Notes under the pieces: generated by a model
What the model was told of the DNA's origin: nothing
Databases searched by the model: none
The model's input: only the letters and a program-made list of their open reading frames with translations
Translations under genes and position numbers: made by a program
Part shown: one piece after another, positions 48,505 to 58,321 of the stretch
Numbering within the stretch: position 1 is the first letter of the stretch
How the letters are laid out: every line of letters starts with the position of its first letter
NCBI GenBank assembly: GCA_040386535.1
Contig: JAZKFH010000030.1
Span: 34,816 to 98,815, forward strand
Length of the DNA: 64,000 bases
Direction: 5' to 3'
Source: Myxococcota bacterium
Lineage (GTDB): Bacteria > Myxococcota_A > UBA796 > SXON01

Positions 48505-49902
48505 CTAACGATTGGCCGGTCGAGCGCCGCCGACCGCGGACACCCAGGGGTCGTCGTCGGTGAAGAACCGCCCGTCGGGGCCCGCGGGCGCGCCGAGATC
48601 GCCGAAGTCCGGATCGACGTCGACGCAGCCCTGCGCGAGGGCCGCGAAGTCGCGGTCTCCGACGAGGTCCAGCCCGTGGACCGTGCACTTCCCCAACTCG
48701 AAACCCATCGGCGACCACGCGTCCAGGCCGACGGTCGCGTCCGCCAACACCACGTCGTCGATCGTGCCGTCGATCCCGCCGTCGCCGCCGGCTTCGATCG
48801 CCGCCTCGCGCGCGCCGACGATCGTGAGCCGCGACAGCGTCACGTCGGACCAGGCGTTGTTGGTCGCGTTCAGGTAGATGCCGGCCTCGTCGGCATCGAG
48901 GATCACGTTGTCCTCGAGGAGCAGCCCAGAGGCGCCGTGCCCCCAGTCGTCGGTGACGTGGATCCCGTTCGAGCGGGTCGCGAACACGAGGTTCCCGCGG
49001 ACGTTCGCCGGGCTGGCGATCTCGATGCCCCACTTCGTCTTGAACACGACGTTGCGCGCGACCGTGACGCTGCCGATGCGGTCCTTGATGTTGATGCCGT
49101 CGGCCTGGGTCGACAACGGGTGGGCGCAGTCGTGCACGAGGTTGTTCTCGATGACCACGACCTCGTGCGCGTCGATGTCCTCGCCCTCGGCCCCCCCGAT
49201 GTAGATGCACTCGCCGGCCTGGTCCCAGATGTGGTTGTTCCGCACCACGAACGAGGTGGACCGGTGGCCGGTCCGCGAGGTGTAGTCGAGGCTGACGGCC
49301 GGCGTCCCGCGGTTGTCGTGGACCAGGTTGTCCTCGAGCACGATGTCGTCGCCCGCTTGCCAGGCGATGCCCTTGTCCTTGCTTCCGGTCACGTCGAAGC
49401 CGCGGACTGTCATCCGGCTGCGCACCACGCCCTCGAACCCGGTGCGGATGCCCGGGACGATGGCCCGGGCCCCGTCCGCGTCGACCCAACCATCCGAGGT
49501 CCTGCGGCTGCGGTGCCCGTCCAGCACGATCCGGTTCGGGCCGAGGTCCGTGCGGCCGATGGCGAGGAAGTCCGGCCAGGTGTCGCCGGCGTCGAACACC
49601 ACGAGCACATGTCCTATCGCGACGTCGTCGTCCAGCGTGGACCAGTCCGGGACGGCCCAGGGGTCGCCCTGGGATCCGTCGCCGCCGGAGGCGTCGGCGT
49701 CGACGAACCGGGTGACGGCAGGGGCGGGATCCTCGGTCGGCGGCGCGAACTCCAGGCACTGGCACGCGGTGCAGTCCGCGCCGTCGCAGAGGGTGACCCC
49801 GTGCCCGTCCGCGCACGTGCACGGCTCGGCTGGATTGGGCGGACCTCCACACCCCCCCGACAGGAGCACGAGCAGGGGAAGCCGGGATGGGAGTGAGCGC
49901 AT
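48505..49902 (-). CDS. Right-handed parallel beta-helix lipoprotein (polysaccharide lyase-like)
   Basis: SGGC lipobox; FVD...GDGS..DPW; repeated xxxxNxxxD/GI beta-helix turns. Confidence 0.75.
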   Translation of the reverse strand: MRSLPSRLPLLVLLSGGCGGPPNPAEPCTCADGHGVTLCDGADCTACQCLEFAPPTEDPAPAVTRFVDADASGGDGSQGDPWAVPDWSTLDDDVAIGHVLVVFDAGDTWPDFLAIGRTDLGPNRIVLDGHRSRRTSDGWVDADGARAIVPGIRTGFEGVVRSRMTVRGFDVTGSKDKGIAWQAGDDIVLEDNLVHDNRGTPAVSLDYTSRTGHRSTSFVVRNNHIWDQAGECIYIGGAEGEDIDAHEVVVIENNLVHDCAHPLSTQADGINIKDRIGSVTVARNVVFKTKWGIEIASPANVRGNLVFATRSNGIHVTDDWGHGASGLLLEDNVILDADEAGIYLNATNNAWSDVTLSRLTIVGAREAAIEAGGDGGIDGTIDDVVLADATVGLDAWSPMGFELGKCTVHGLDLVGDRDFAALAQGCVDVDPDFGDLGAPAGPDGRFFTDDDPWVSAVGGARPANR

Positions 49903-50068
49903 CCTGGCAGGGTACCCCCGGTCGCCGGCACTCCGCGTGCTCGGTGGTGGGCGACCGGCTTGAGAGATGGCTGTGAGGTTCGGCGTTGTCCGCGTGCCCG
50001 TATGGTCCGCGCTCCCCCCTCGTCCGGTGCCCCGACTCACACGCGCCAGCACACGGAGATACGACCCC

Positions 50069-50968
50069 ATGATGCGTGCCTACGTCCGGTTGCGGCTCCC
50101 CGATGGCTCCGCGTCCGAGCTCGGCCACGGCGATCTCATCGGCCGCCTCTGGTCGGCCGCCCTGCCCATCTCGGACGCGCGCGTGTCCGAAGCCCACGCG
50201 ATGGTGAGCCTCCGCGGCCAGGAGCTGCTGCTGCTGCCACTCCGGGGCCGCTTCGCGGTGGACGGGCAGCGCCAGTCCTCGCTCGTCCTCGCCGCGGGCC
50301 AACGGATCACCTTCGCCGACGGGCTGGACCTCGTGGTCGAGGAGGTCTCCCTGCCCGCCGCGGTGTTCGCGGTCGAGGGGGATGGCCTTCCGCGCGTCGT
50401 CGTGAGCGGGGTGTGCAGCCTCCTGACCCGACCCCGGCCCGAGCTGGTCCCGCGCCTCCTCCCCGACGCGCCGGCGCACCTCTGGGGAGACGGCGAAGGC
50501 TGGTGCCTCACGATGAACGGCGAGACCCGCCCCCTCCAGGTGGGAGACACGTGGGAGCTCGACGGGCGGCGCTTCCGCGCGGTGGGCTTGTCGCTCGACA
50601 CGGCGCGCGGCACCGTGACCCGGCTCGACGGGAGCGTGGCGCGGCCGCTGCGCGTCGTGGCGCAGTTCGACACGGTGCACATCCACAGCGAGGGCGGCGG
50701 CGCGCTCGCGCTCTCCGGGCTCGCCGCGCGGCTGATCAGCGAGGTGGTCGCGTTCGACGGGCCGGTGGCGTGGGAGGTGCTGGCGGGCGAGCTCTGGCCC
50801 GACGAGGACGACACGCACCTGCTCCGGCACAAGCTCGACGTGACGTTGTCGCGGCTTCGGTCCCGGCTGCGGGACGGCCGGGTGCGCCCCGATCTCGTCC
50901 GGTCCGACGGGTTCGGGAAGGTGGAGCTGTTCCTGCTCGACGGGGATGTCGTGGAGGACCGTACGTGA
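50069..50968 (+). CDS. FHA-like domain plus C-terminal winged-helix DNA-binding protein
   Basis: IGR...DARVSEAHA (FHA signature); ELWPD...LDVTLSRLRSRL (OmpR-type wHTH). Confidence 0.7.
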   Translation: MMRAYVRLRLPDGSASELGHGDLIGRLWSAALPISDARVSEAHAMVSLRGQELLLLPLRGRFAVDGQRQSSLVLAAGQRITFADGLDLVVEEVSLPAAVFAVEGDGLPRVVVSGVCSLLTRPRPELVPRLLPDAPAHLWGDGEGWCLTMNGETRPLQVGDTWELDGRRFRAVGLSLDTARGTVTRLDGSVARPLRVVAQFDTVHIHSEGGGALALSGLAARLISEVVAFDGPVAWEVLAGELWPDEDDTHLLRHKLDVTLSRLRSRLRDGRVRPDLVRSDGFGKVELFLLDGDVVEDRT

Positions 50969-53832
50969 GAGACGACAGCGGGCCCGCGCCGAGCGACCCC
51001 GGGGAGAGCCCCAGGGGCGGCGAGGGCCCGGGGGCGGAGGGAGGCGGCCCCGAGGAAGGTGGCGCGCGCTACGAACGCCAGGGCCTGATCGGACGCGGCG
51101 GGATGGGCCGGGTGTACGCCGCGCGGGACACCCGGCTGCGCCGACAGGTGGCGCTCAAGGTCGCCGCGACGCCCGAGCTGGCCGCTCGGCTCGCCCGCGA
51201 AGCCTGGATCACCGCCCAACTCGAGCACCCGAGCATCGTCGCGGTGTACGACGCGGGCGAGACGGAGGGGCAGGCCTGGTACACGATGCGCCTCATCCGC
51301 GGGCGCACGCTCCGTGAGCGCCTCGCGGCGTGCCCGGACCTCGCCGCGCGGCTCGCGCTCCTCCCCCACCTCCACGCGGCGTGCCAGGCGGTCGCCTATG
51401 CGCACTCCATGGGGATCGTGCACCGGGATCTGAAGCCGTCCAACCTCATGGTCGGCGAGTTCGGCGAGACGCAGGTGGCCGATTGGGGGCTCGCGACCCC
51501 GCTCGACGAGGCCCGCGTCGACTGGCAGCGGATCGTGAGCCCGGGGGAGGCCGCGGGGACGCCCCGGTACATGAGCCCGGAGCAGGCGAGCGGGGCGCCG
51601 GCGAGCCGTGCGGCGGACGTGTTCGGCCTCGGCGCGGCGCTCTACGAGGTCCTGTCCGGGCGCGCTCCGGGGGTGCCGCCGCTCGTGGACGCCCTGCCCG
51701 GCGATGTGCCGCGCGAGCTCGTCGCCATCGCGCGGCGCTGCCTGGAGGTCGATCCCGCGGCGCGCTACCCGAGCGCAGGGGAGCTGGCCGACGACCTCGA
51801 CCGGTGGCTCTCGGGCCGGCGGGTGCACGCCCACGATTACCGCCCCATCGAGCTCCTGGGGCGGTTGGTGCGCGCGTGGCGGGTGCCGCTGGTGGTGGTG
51901 GGCGTCGCGCTGCTCGTGTTGGCCGTCGTCATCGCGGTCGCGGTGCAGCGCACCACGCGCGAGCGGTCCCTCGCCGAGGCGAACCTCGCCGTCGCGCTCA
52001 CCCGCCAGGCGCTCGCGGCGCTCCTGGACGAGCGGCTGCCCGAGGCGCACGTCCTGGCCGCGAACGCCCTCCGCTACGGGCCCTCGCCCGAGGCACGCGG
52101 GATCCTTGCCGGTACGCGCCACACGGCGGCCGAGCTGGCCTGGGACGTGCCGCTCCCGGAGCGGTGCCGGCACGTCGGCGTGGTCGCTCCCGACGCGTCC
52201 GCCCTCGCGTGCGCGGCGGACGGAAAGCTCGAGCTCTGGGGCATCGATCCCCTGGTGCAGCGGGTGTCGCTCGACCTGCACGTCGTGGAGGAGCCGGTGT
52301 GGGTGGGCAAGCGGCTCCTCGTCGCGACGCCAGACGCATTGGTCTGGATCGACGACGGCGCCGTGCTGGCGACGACACCGGGCGCCGCGTGGTGGCCGCT
52401 CGCGTCGGGGGAGGTGGCGTTCGCGACCCGCGGGCCCGCCGCGCGGCGGCTCCTTCCCGACGGCGGAGCGCTCGACTTCCCGATCTGCACGGCGACCCGC
52501 TCGACCACGCGGGTGGTGGACGGTGAGCTCGTCGTCGGTTGTGACGACGGGGTCCTACGCGTCTACGGAGCAGACGGCGCGCTCGGCCTCGTGCTCCCGC
52601 TGGGCGAGCGTCCGGCGTGGTCCGTCGTCGATCACGCCGAGGGCGGCCTGCTCGTGGGGAGGCTCGACGGCGGCGTCCAGACGCTGTCGCTGCCGGAGGG
52701 CCGCTGGAGCCGGCCCCTGGCGGGCCTCTCGCGGAGCGTCCGGGCGCTCCAGCCCATCCCGGGCACGGCGGGAGTGCTCGTGCTCGGTGAGCGCGGCGGC
52801 CCGCGCATCTGGAACACCGCCGCCGAGGGGTGGGCCGGCTCCCTCCCCGGCGGGGCGAGCCGGATGTTCCCGGGCCGGCAGGCGGGGGAGGTCCTGCTCC
52901 TCGGCGACTCGCTCCGGCTCTGGCGCGTGGCCGCGATGCCCAGGCCGGCGGTGTTGTCGTACGACACCGGCGTGTCCCAGGTGATCCCTTCGCCCTCGGG
53001 AGAGGCGATCACCGTGGCGCTCGGGAGCGGCGACATCATCGAGCGCAACCTCGCGGACGGCCGGGAGCTCCGCCGTTGGAGCTGGGTCGAGGGGGTCGCC
53101 AAGTGTGTCGCCTACGGCACCGACGGGCGCCTGATCGCCGGGGCGATGGGCGCCGCGGGCCGGGTGCTCGGACCGGGGGCGGAGGCGCGGCCGCTCGACC
53201 TCGGCAACATCCTGCGCCGCGCCGGCCGGCTCGCCGACGGGCGGGTGTGGGCGCTGTCCTACGGGCACGCCGCGCTGTTCGTGGCGCCGGAAACGGCCAC
53301 CGTGACCGCGCAGGCGATCGGATCGGCGCCCTTCGACGGCTCCAGCAGCGCCAGCGGGGACACGGCGGCGCTCGTGGACACGCGCGGCGGGATCTGGCGG
53401 CTCGACGGCGCGACGTGGCGGGAGGTACGCCGGCAGATCGATACCGTCGCGGTGGACATCGGAGACGGCGGCGCTCCGCTCGTCTTCGCGCGTCGACGGG
53501 AGGTGTGCGTCGAGGACCGCTGCACCGCGGTCGCCGACGACATCATGGACGTCGCGCTCTTCGGTCCCCACGTCGCCGTCGCGACGCTGTCGGGGGACAT
53601 CGCGCTCCTCCGCGCGGACACCGGCGAGCAGTTGGCCCTGCTCCGGGGCCACACCGCGCGCGTGAGCTCGGTCGAGTTCGGCCCCGACGGGACGTGGCTG
53701 GTGAGCGGGAGCTGGGATGGGACGGCGCGCCTGTGGGACCTCGCGGGGCTCGACGAGCCGGCGGAGGCGCTGATCGCCCGGGGCGAGCGAGCGTGGGGGC
53801 TGGGGTTGGAGGAGGCGATGCGCGGGCGTTGA
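50965..53832 (+). CDS. Hanks-type Ser/Thr protein kinase with TM helix and WD40 propellers
   Basis: GRGGMG, VALK, HRDLKPSN, DWG, GTPRYMSPEQ; GHTARV..F..GSWDGTARLWD. Confidence 0.93.
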   Translation: MRDDSGPAPSDPGESPRGGEGPGAEGGGPEEGGARYERQGLIGRGGMGRVYAARDTRLRRQVALKVAATPELAARLAREAWITAQLEHPSIVAVYDAGETEGQAWYTMRLIRGRTLRERLAACPDLAARLALLPHLHAACQAVAYAHSMGIVHRDLKPSNLMVGEFGETQVADWGLATPLDEARVDWQRIVSPGEAAGTPRYMSPEQASGAPASRAADVFGLGAALYEVLSGRAPGVPPLVDALPGDVPRELVAIARRCLEVDPAARYPSAGELADDLDRWLSGRRVHAHDYRPIELLGRLVRAWRVPLVVVGVALLVLAVVIAVAVQRTTRERSLAEANLAVALTRQALAALLDERLPEAHVLAANALRYGPSPEARGILAGTRHTAAELAWDVPLPERCRHVGVVAPDASALACAADGKLELWGIDPLVQRVSLDLHVVEEPVWVGKRLLVATPDALVWIDDGAVLATTPGAAWWPLASGEVAFATRGPAARRLLPDGGALDFPICTATRSTTRVVDGELVVGCDDGVLRVYGADGALGLVLPLGERPAWSVVDHAEGGLLVGRLDGGVQTLSLPEGRWSRPLAGLSRSVRALQPIPGTAGVLVLGERGGPRIWNTAAEGWAGSLPGGASRMFPGRQAGEVLLLGDSLRLWRVAAMPRPAVLSYDTGVSQVIPSPSGEAITVALGSGDIIERNLADGRELRRWSWVEGVAKCVAYGTDGRLIAGAMGAAGRVLGPGAEARPLDLGNILRRAGRLADGRVWALSYGHAALFVAPETATVTAQAIGSAPFDGSSSASGDTAALVDTRGGIWRLDGATWREVRRQIDTVAVDIGDGGAPLVFARRREVCVEDRCTAVADDIMDVALFGPHVAVATLSGDIALLRADTGEQLALLRGHTARVSSVEFGPDGTWLVSGSWDGTARLWDLAGLDEPAEALIARGERAWGLGLEEAMRGR

Positions 53833-53851
53833 CTGTTTCTGTGGCTCGTGT

Positions 53852-53880
53852 GCTAACAGAAGCCCCTCCCGGCCCGTCTC
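53852..53880 (+). promoter_or_regulatory. ECF-type promoter, copy 1 (autoregulatory)
   Basis: GCTAACA-N16-CGTCTC, 7 nt before the GTG start of the ECF sigma gene. Confidence 0.75.
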
Positions 53881-53887
53881 TCCCCGC

Positions 53888-54388
53888 GTGACCGCCCTCC
53901 CCGACATCGAAGCCGCGCAGGCGGGGGACAAGGCGGCCTTCGCGCGGCTGCACGCCCGCTGGCACCCCGTCGTGCACGCGGTGTTGCTCGCGCGCCTCCC
54001 TCCCCAGGACGCCGAGGATCTCGTGCAGGAGGTCTTCGTCACCGCGTGGCTGCGTTTGGGGGAGCTCACCGATCACGACGCGTTCGGCGGCTGGGTATGC
54101 GCGATCGCGCGCAACCGCGCCGTGGACCATTGGCGGGCGCGACGGCCGACCGAGCCCCTGACCGTCGAACCCGCCGCGCCCCCCGCGAGCGACCGTGGCG
54201 TGCACGACGTGCTCGCGGCCGTGCAGGCCCTGCCGGAGGCCTACCGCGAGACGCTGCTGCTGCGGCTCGTCGCGGGGTACACGGGGCCCGAGATCTCCGA
54301 ACGCACCGGCCTGACGGAGGGCAGCGTGCGCGTGAACCTGACGCGTGGAATGGCGCTCCTGCGCGAGCGCATCGGAGGGTACCGATGA
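53888..54388 (+). CDS. ECF sigma-70 factor
   Basis: DAEDLVQEVF, FGGW..IARN..D, LPEAYRE..EIS..GSVR. Confidence 0.92.
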   Translation: MTALPDIEAAQAGDKAAFARLHARWHPVVHAVLLARLPPQDAEDLVQEVFVTAWLRLGELTDHDAFGGWVCAIARNRAVDHWRARRPTEPLTVEPAAPPASDRGVHDVLAAVQALPEAYRETLLLRLVAGYTGPEISERTGLTEGSVRVNLTRGMALLRERIGGYR

Positions 54389-55335
54389 GTGACTGGTTGT
54401 TCGACGGCGGCTCGCCGCCCGATCCCGACGACGAGCGGATCGCGGCCGCCCTCGGCGGCTTGCGTCGTGATCGCGAGGTGCCGGTGCTCCCCGAGCGGCC
54501 GGTGGTGCGCCGCGCGGAGGTCGTGCAGATGCGTCGGTGGCGTACCGTCGCGATCGTCTCCACCGCGGCCCTGCTCGCGGCCGCTTCGCTCCTCCTGGTG
54601 GTGTGGCCGCGCGATCGTTTCGAGGTCACCGTGCTCTCGGGAGAACCGGCCTGCTGGATCGGCCCGTGCGGGCTCGGGGTGGGCGGCGAGCTGGTCACGC
54701 GCGACAGCGACGCGTGGAGCGTGCAGCTCGGCGCACGCGGGATCGTCGAGATGGCGCCGGATACCGTGCTTGCCCGCTTGCCGACAGCCGAAGGCGAGCT
54801 GCTCGCCTTGCGCCGGGGCGCGCTAGCTGTCTCGTTGCTGGCGCCGCCGCGGGAGGTGCGGGTGGAGACGGCCGCGGCGCTCGTGGTCGACCTGGGGGGC
54901 CGGTACAAGGTGAGCGCGGACGAGGCCCGCACCGTGCTCTCGGTTCACGACGGATCCGTCTCCCTCGAGAACGACCGGGGCGTCACGATCGTGACGGCCG
55001 GGAGCACCGCGGAGGCGCGTGTGGGCGAACGTCCGGGCCTCCCCATCCATGACGACGCACATCCGGCGTTCCGGGATGCGATCGAGCGCTTCGAGGCGGG
55101 CGCGCAGGTGGGTCCCGACACGGTGGAGGGGTTGCTCGCCGAGTCGGGGCCCGAGGACAACGTGACCTTGTGGCACGTCTTCCAGCGGCTGCCGTTCGAG
55201 GAACGTGCCATCTTGTTCGACCGCATGAGTGTCCCCGGGGATCGCGACGCGGTGCTGCGCCTGGACCCCACGGCGTTGGCTGCCTGGCTGCGCGGCGCGG
55301 CCGTCTGCTCCACGCGAAGCGCCGAGCTCCCGTGA
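54385..55335 (+). CDS. FecR-like anti-sigma factor
   Basis: ATGA overlap with sigma gene; single TM; LRRG..VET..DLG..V..GSV FecR-like pattern. Confidence 0.75.
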   Translation: MSDWLFDGGSPPDPDDERIAAALGGLRRDREVPVLPERPVVRRAEVVQMRRWRTVAIVSTAALLAAASLLLVVWPRDRFEVTVLSGEPACWIGPCGLGVGGELVTRDSDAWSVQLGARGIVEMAPDTVLARLPTAEGELLALRRGALAVSLLAPPREVRVETAAALVVDLGGRYKVSADEARTVLSVHDGSVSLENDRGVTIVTAGSTAEARVGERPGLPIHDDAHPAFRDAIERFEAGAQVGPDTVEGLLAESGPEDNVTLWHVFQRLPFEERAILFDRMSVPGDRDAVLRLDPTALAAWLRGAAVCSTRSAELP

Positions 55336-55368
55336 GTTCGCGGCTGACACGAAAAAGATTCGGGGGTC

Positions 55369-55397
55369 GCTAACACGGGAGCTCGCGGCTGCGTCTC
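55369..55397 (+). promoter_or_regulatory. ECF-type promoter, copy 2 (target operon)
   Basis: GCTAACA-N16-CGTCTC, identical boxes and spacing to copy 1. Confidence 0.75.
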
Positions 55398-55438
55398 CCT
55401 CCCGAGAGCCACCCAAACCGGCTCTCACGGAGAAGCCC

Positions 55439-55786
55439 ATGGCACGTTCGCTGCTCGCCCCGACCGCCTTTCTCACCCTCCTCGGCCTCGCCCCGGGCTG
55501 TTTCCGGGCCGCCGACTCCCCCGTCGTAGCGGCGATGGCCGGCGCCACCGCGGCGGACCTCGCGGTCGTCGAAACCGCCGCTCCCGCCGCGCCCGCCGAG
55601 CTCGTCGCCTACGCGACCACGCGGTCTGGGAACGCGCGCGCCCCCTCCTACGACGACGCCATGATCGAGATGAAGGCGCCGGACAACTTCGTGGACGTCG
55701 AGGGTGTCGGGCCGCAGGACGCTCCCCAGGCGGTCGTCCTGGGCCTCGAGGCCGCGCCCGAGCTGGTCGCGGTCACCACCCCGTGA
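55439..55786 (+). CDS. Small hypothetical lipoprotein
   Basis: GGAG RBS; hydrophobic leader ending APGC. Confidence 0.65.
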   Translation: MARSLLAPTAFLTLLGLAPGCFRAADSPVVAAMAGATAADLAVVETAAPAAPAELVAYATTRSGNARAPSYDDAMIEMKAPDNFVDVEGVGPQDAPQAVVLGLEAAPELVAVTTP

Positions 55787-56595
55787 GGACGGACGCCCCG
55801 TTCTTCGCGCTCTCCTGGATGGGCGGGGGCGCCGAGCGCGCGTTCCGCCGCCGGCGTTCGGGCGTGGACGACCTCCCGTGGGGCACCCTGCGTCCGGTCG
55901 ACCACCCACCGGTGTTGGTCGACCGCGCACGCCTCGCGTGGACCGACGGGGCCTACGTCGAATACGCAACCGCCGTCCAGCTCTCCACGATCGTGGAGGG
56001 CCTCCTCCGGGTGCGCGCGCCAATCGATCTCGTCGGCATGGCCGGTGACTTCGTGGCGGACGAGATGCTGCACGTGGAGCTGCACGCGCGCGTGGTCGCG
56101 GAGCTCGGCGGCGCGGTGCCGTATCGTGTGTCCGAGGCCGTGCTGCACCCCGCGCCGGTCTTCCCCGAACGCCCCCTGCTGGACCTCGCGTGGAACATGG
56201 TCCGCACGTGCTGCATCGGGGAAACGCTGGCGGTGCCCGTCCTGGCCGCGACGCGCAAGGTCGCGAACCACCCCCTCGTCGAGGCCGTGTTCGCGCGGAT
56301 CGTGGAGGACGAGGGCCCGCACTCCCAGCTCGGCTGGTTGTTCCTCGAGTGGGCGGAGCTCACCGACGACGATCGCGCCCGCCTCACGGTGCTCGCGCGC
56401 CGGGAGCTCGAATCGATCGCGCACACCTGGCGCGATCCGCGCTCTACCGTTCGAGATGGCGTCACGACGGAGGGGTACGCGGTCGACGCCGTCCACACGC
56501 TCGGTTGGCTGGACTCCGAGGCCTATGTGTCGACGGCGGGCGCGGCCGCCGCGCAGATCGGCGCGAGGCTGGCGCGGTTCGGAATCGTGGTGTGA
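55783..56595 (+). CDS. Ferritin-like (di-iron) domain protein
   Basis: E..., DEMLH, CIGET, DEGPH carboxylate/His pattern; GTGA overlap. Confidence 0.8.
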   Translation: MRTDAPFFALSWMGGGAERAFRRRRSGVDDLPWGTLRPVDHPPVLVDRARLAWTDGAYVEYATAVQLSTIVEGLLRVRAPIDLVGMAGDFVADEMLHVELHARVVAELGGAVPYRVSEAVLHPAPVFPERPLLDLAWNMVRTCCIGETLAVPVLAATRKVANHPLVEAVFARIVEDEGPHSQLGWLFLEWAELTDDDRARLTVLARRELESIAHTWRDPRSTVRDGVTTEGYAVDAVHTLGWLDSEAYVSTAGAAAAQIGARLARFGIVV

Positions 56596-56618
56596 GGGAG
56601 GGTTTCTCCTCGCCCTCG

Positions 56619-57377
56619 TCACCAGGTGACGACGACCGCGACCTCCCGAGGCCCCGCCACGCGGAGGGAGACGGCGCGATCCTGGTGGTGGAGGACGGGC
56701 AGCACGAGGCCATAGGTGCCACCGATCAGCGCACCGATGACGACGTCGGTCGGGTAGTGCTTTCCGGCCAGGACGCGGAGCACCCCGACCGTCGTCGTGA
56801 GCGCGCCCGCGCTGGAATAGGCCACCCACGCCGGCACTGCGTCGACGTCGTCCAGCATTCGCGCCACGGTGAAGGTCGCCGCCGCGGCGAAGGCCGTGTG
56901 CCCGGAGGGAAACGACATCGTGGCATCGTGGTTCTGCTGGGCCTTGATGATGTCGTCGGTCGGATCGTTGTAGCGGACGAACGGGCGCGAACGGTCGGTG
57001 GCCTGCTTGAGCACCTCGACGGTCAGTCCGGTGCACGTCCATGCCTCTACCAGGATGACCGCCGGGGCCAACCCGCCATGGCGCTTCCCGAGGAGCCCGG
57101 TCGTGAGCAGCGCAGCTCCCCCGAGCCCGTAGGTCGCCACGTCCGAGGCGGTGCCCGCCTTGGGATCCCAACGGTGCAGGACCCAGGCGTCGATGACGTT
57201 CAGGTCGTCGAGCGCCGGGCCGGGGGCCGGCCGTTCATTGTCGACGAGGAACTGCAGGGAAACCCAGGTCGCACCGGTGGCGACGATGATGGGGGCCTCG
57301 ACGGCGTAGTCCACGACATACACGGGTGTGTCCATGTGCCAACTGAACACGGTCTGCAGATCGGTCGAGGTTACCAA
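56619..57377 (-). CDS. PAP2-family phosphatase
   Basis: K...RSRP, SFPSGH, RVLAGKHYPTDV; start uncertain. Confidence 0.88.
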   Translation of the reverse strand: MVTSTDLQTVFSWHMDTPVYVVDYAVEAPIIVATGATWVSLQFLVDNERPAPGPALDDLNVIDAWVLHRWDPKAGTASDVATYGLGGAALLTTGLLGKRHGGLAPAVILVEAWTCTGLTVEVLKQATDRSRPFVRYNDPTDDIIKAQQNHDATMSFPSGHTAFAAAATFTVARMLDDVDAVPAWVAYSSAGALTTTVGVLRVLAGKHYPTDVVIGALIGGTYGLVLPVLHHQDRAVSLRVAGPREVAVVVTW

Positions 57378-57443
57378 GGGTCAACGGTCGTTCCGTTCTC
57401 CTATGGAAGGCTGCGAACGGTTGTGCGGGTCGCGCCGCCCCTG

Positions 57444-58286
57444 TCAGGGCAGCTCGAGCACCGCCAGCGCGCTCGCGCCCACGACCCCGTCGGCGGGCAG
57501 GAACACCCCTTCCGGCTCGCCGCTCGCGAGGTTCCAGGCCAGCACTTTGTCCGTGGCGCCGGACGCGACCAGGAGGCGATCGCCGAGGATTGCCATGCCG
57601 GTCGGCCCGCGTGGCTCGATGAACAGGCTGACCCCGTCGCCCACCCGCACCACGGCGTTGCTCCCGTTCATGCTCACCAGCAGGGAACCCGCGTTCCAGG
57701 CCAGCGCCCGCGGGCCCTCCCACCCGTCTTCGGGCGTCACGAGCGCGGTGGCGATGCCGTCCGCGTACGACAGGACCGAGCCGTTGTACCAGCTCGGGAT
57801 CACCAACGCGCCGTCGGGCCCGAACGCCATCCCGATGTCCGGGCCGTCCAGCCCGCCCGCGCCGGCGGGCACCGCGTCGTCGACATAGGTGCCGTCGGCC
57901 TCGAAGCGCGCCACCCGGTCGTCTTCGAAGGAGGCGACGTAGAGCCGGCCGTCGGGACCGTAGATCGCGGCGGTGGGGCCGTCGAAGCCGGCGCTGCCGT
58001 CCACGAGGACGCCGAGCGGCTCGAACGTCTCGGCGTCGAACCGCAGCACCTGGTCGAGCTTCTCGGCGCACGCCACCAGCTCGCCCTCGGGTGACACGAC
58101 CACGGTCTGCGCGCCGTCCACGCCCGCCAAGACGCCGAGCGCGACGCCGGCGGTATCGTAGAGGTGGATGTCGCCGCTGGTGTACCCCGAGACCGCGACG
58201 ATCGTGCGGGGCTCGGGGGACGACGGGGGAGGGGACGTCGGCGGAGCGGCGTCGGGGGAACAGGCGAGGAGGAGGAGAAGCAGCAT
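57444..58286 (-). CDS. NHL/beta-propeller repeat lipoprotein
   Basis: LLAC lipobox; repeated GP..xxxGPDG.L.V blades. Confidence 0.75.
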   Translation of the reverse strand: MLLLLLLACSPDAAPPTSPPPSSPEPRTIVAVSGYTSGDIHLYDTAGVALGVLAGVDGAQTVVVSPEGELVACAEKLDQVLRFDAETFEPLGVLVDGSAGFDGPTAAIYGPDGRLYVASFEDDRVARFEADGTYVDDAVPAGAGGLDGPDIGMAFGPDGALVIPSWYNGSVLSYADGIATALVTPEDGWEGPRALAWNAGSLLVSMNGSNAVVRVGDGVSLFIEPRGPTGMAILGDRLLVASGATDKVLAWNLASGEPEGVFLPADGVVGASALAVLELP

Positions 58287-58321
58287 GCACGTCGGGTAGC
58301 CGGGGCCCTCCGCGGGCACTG

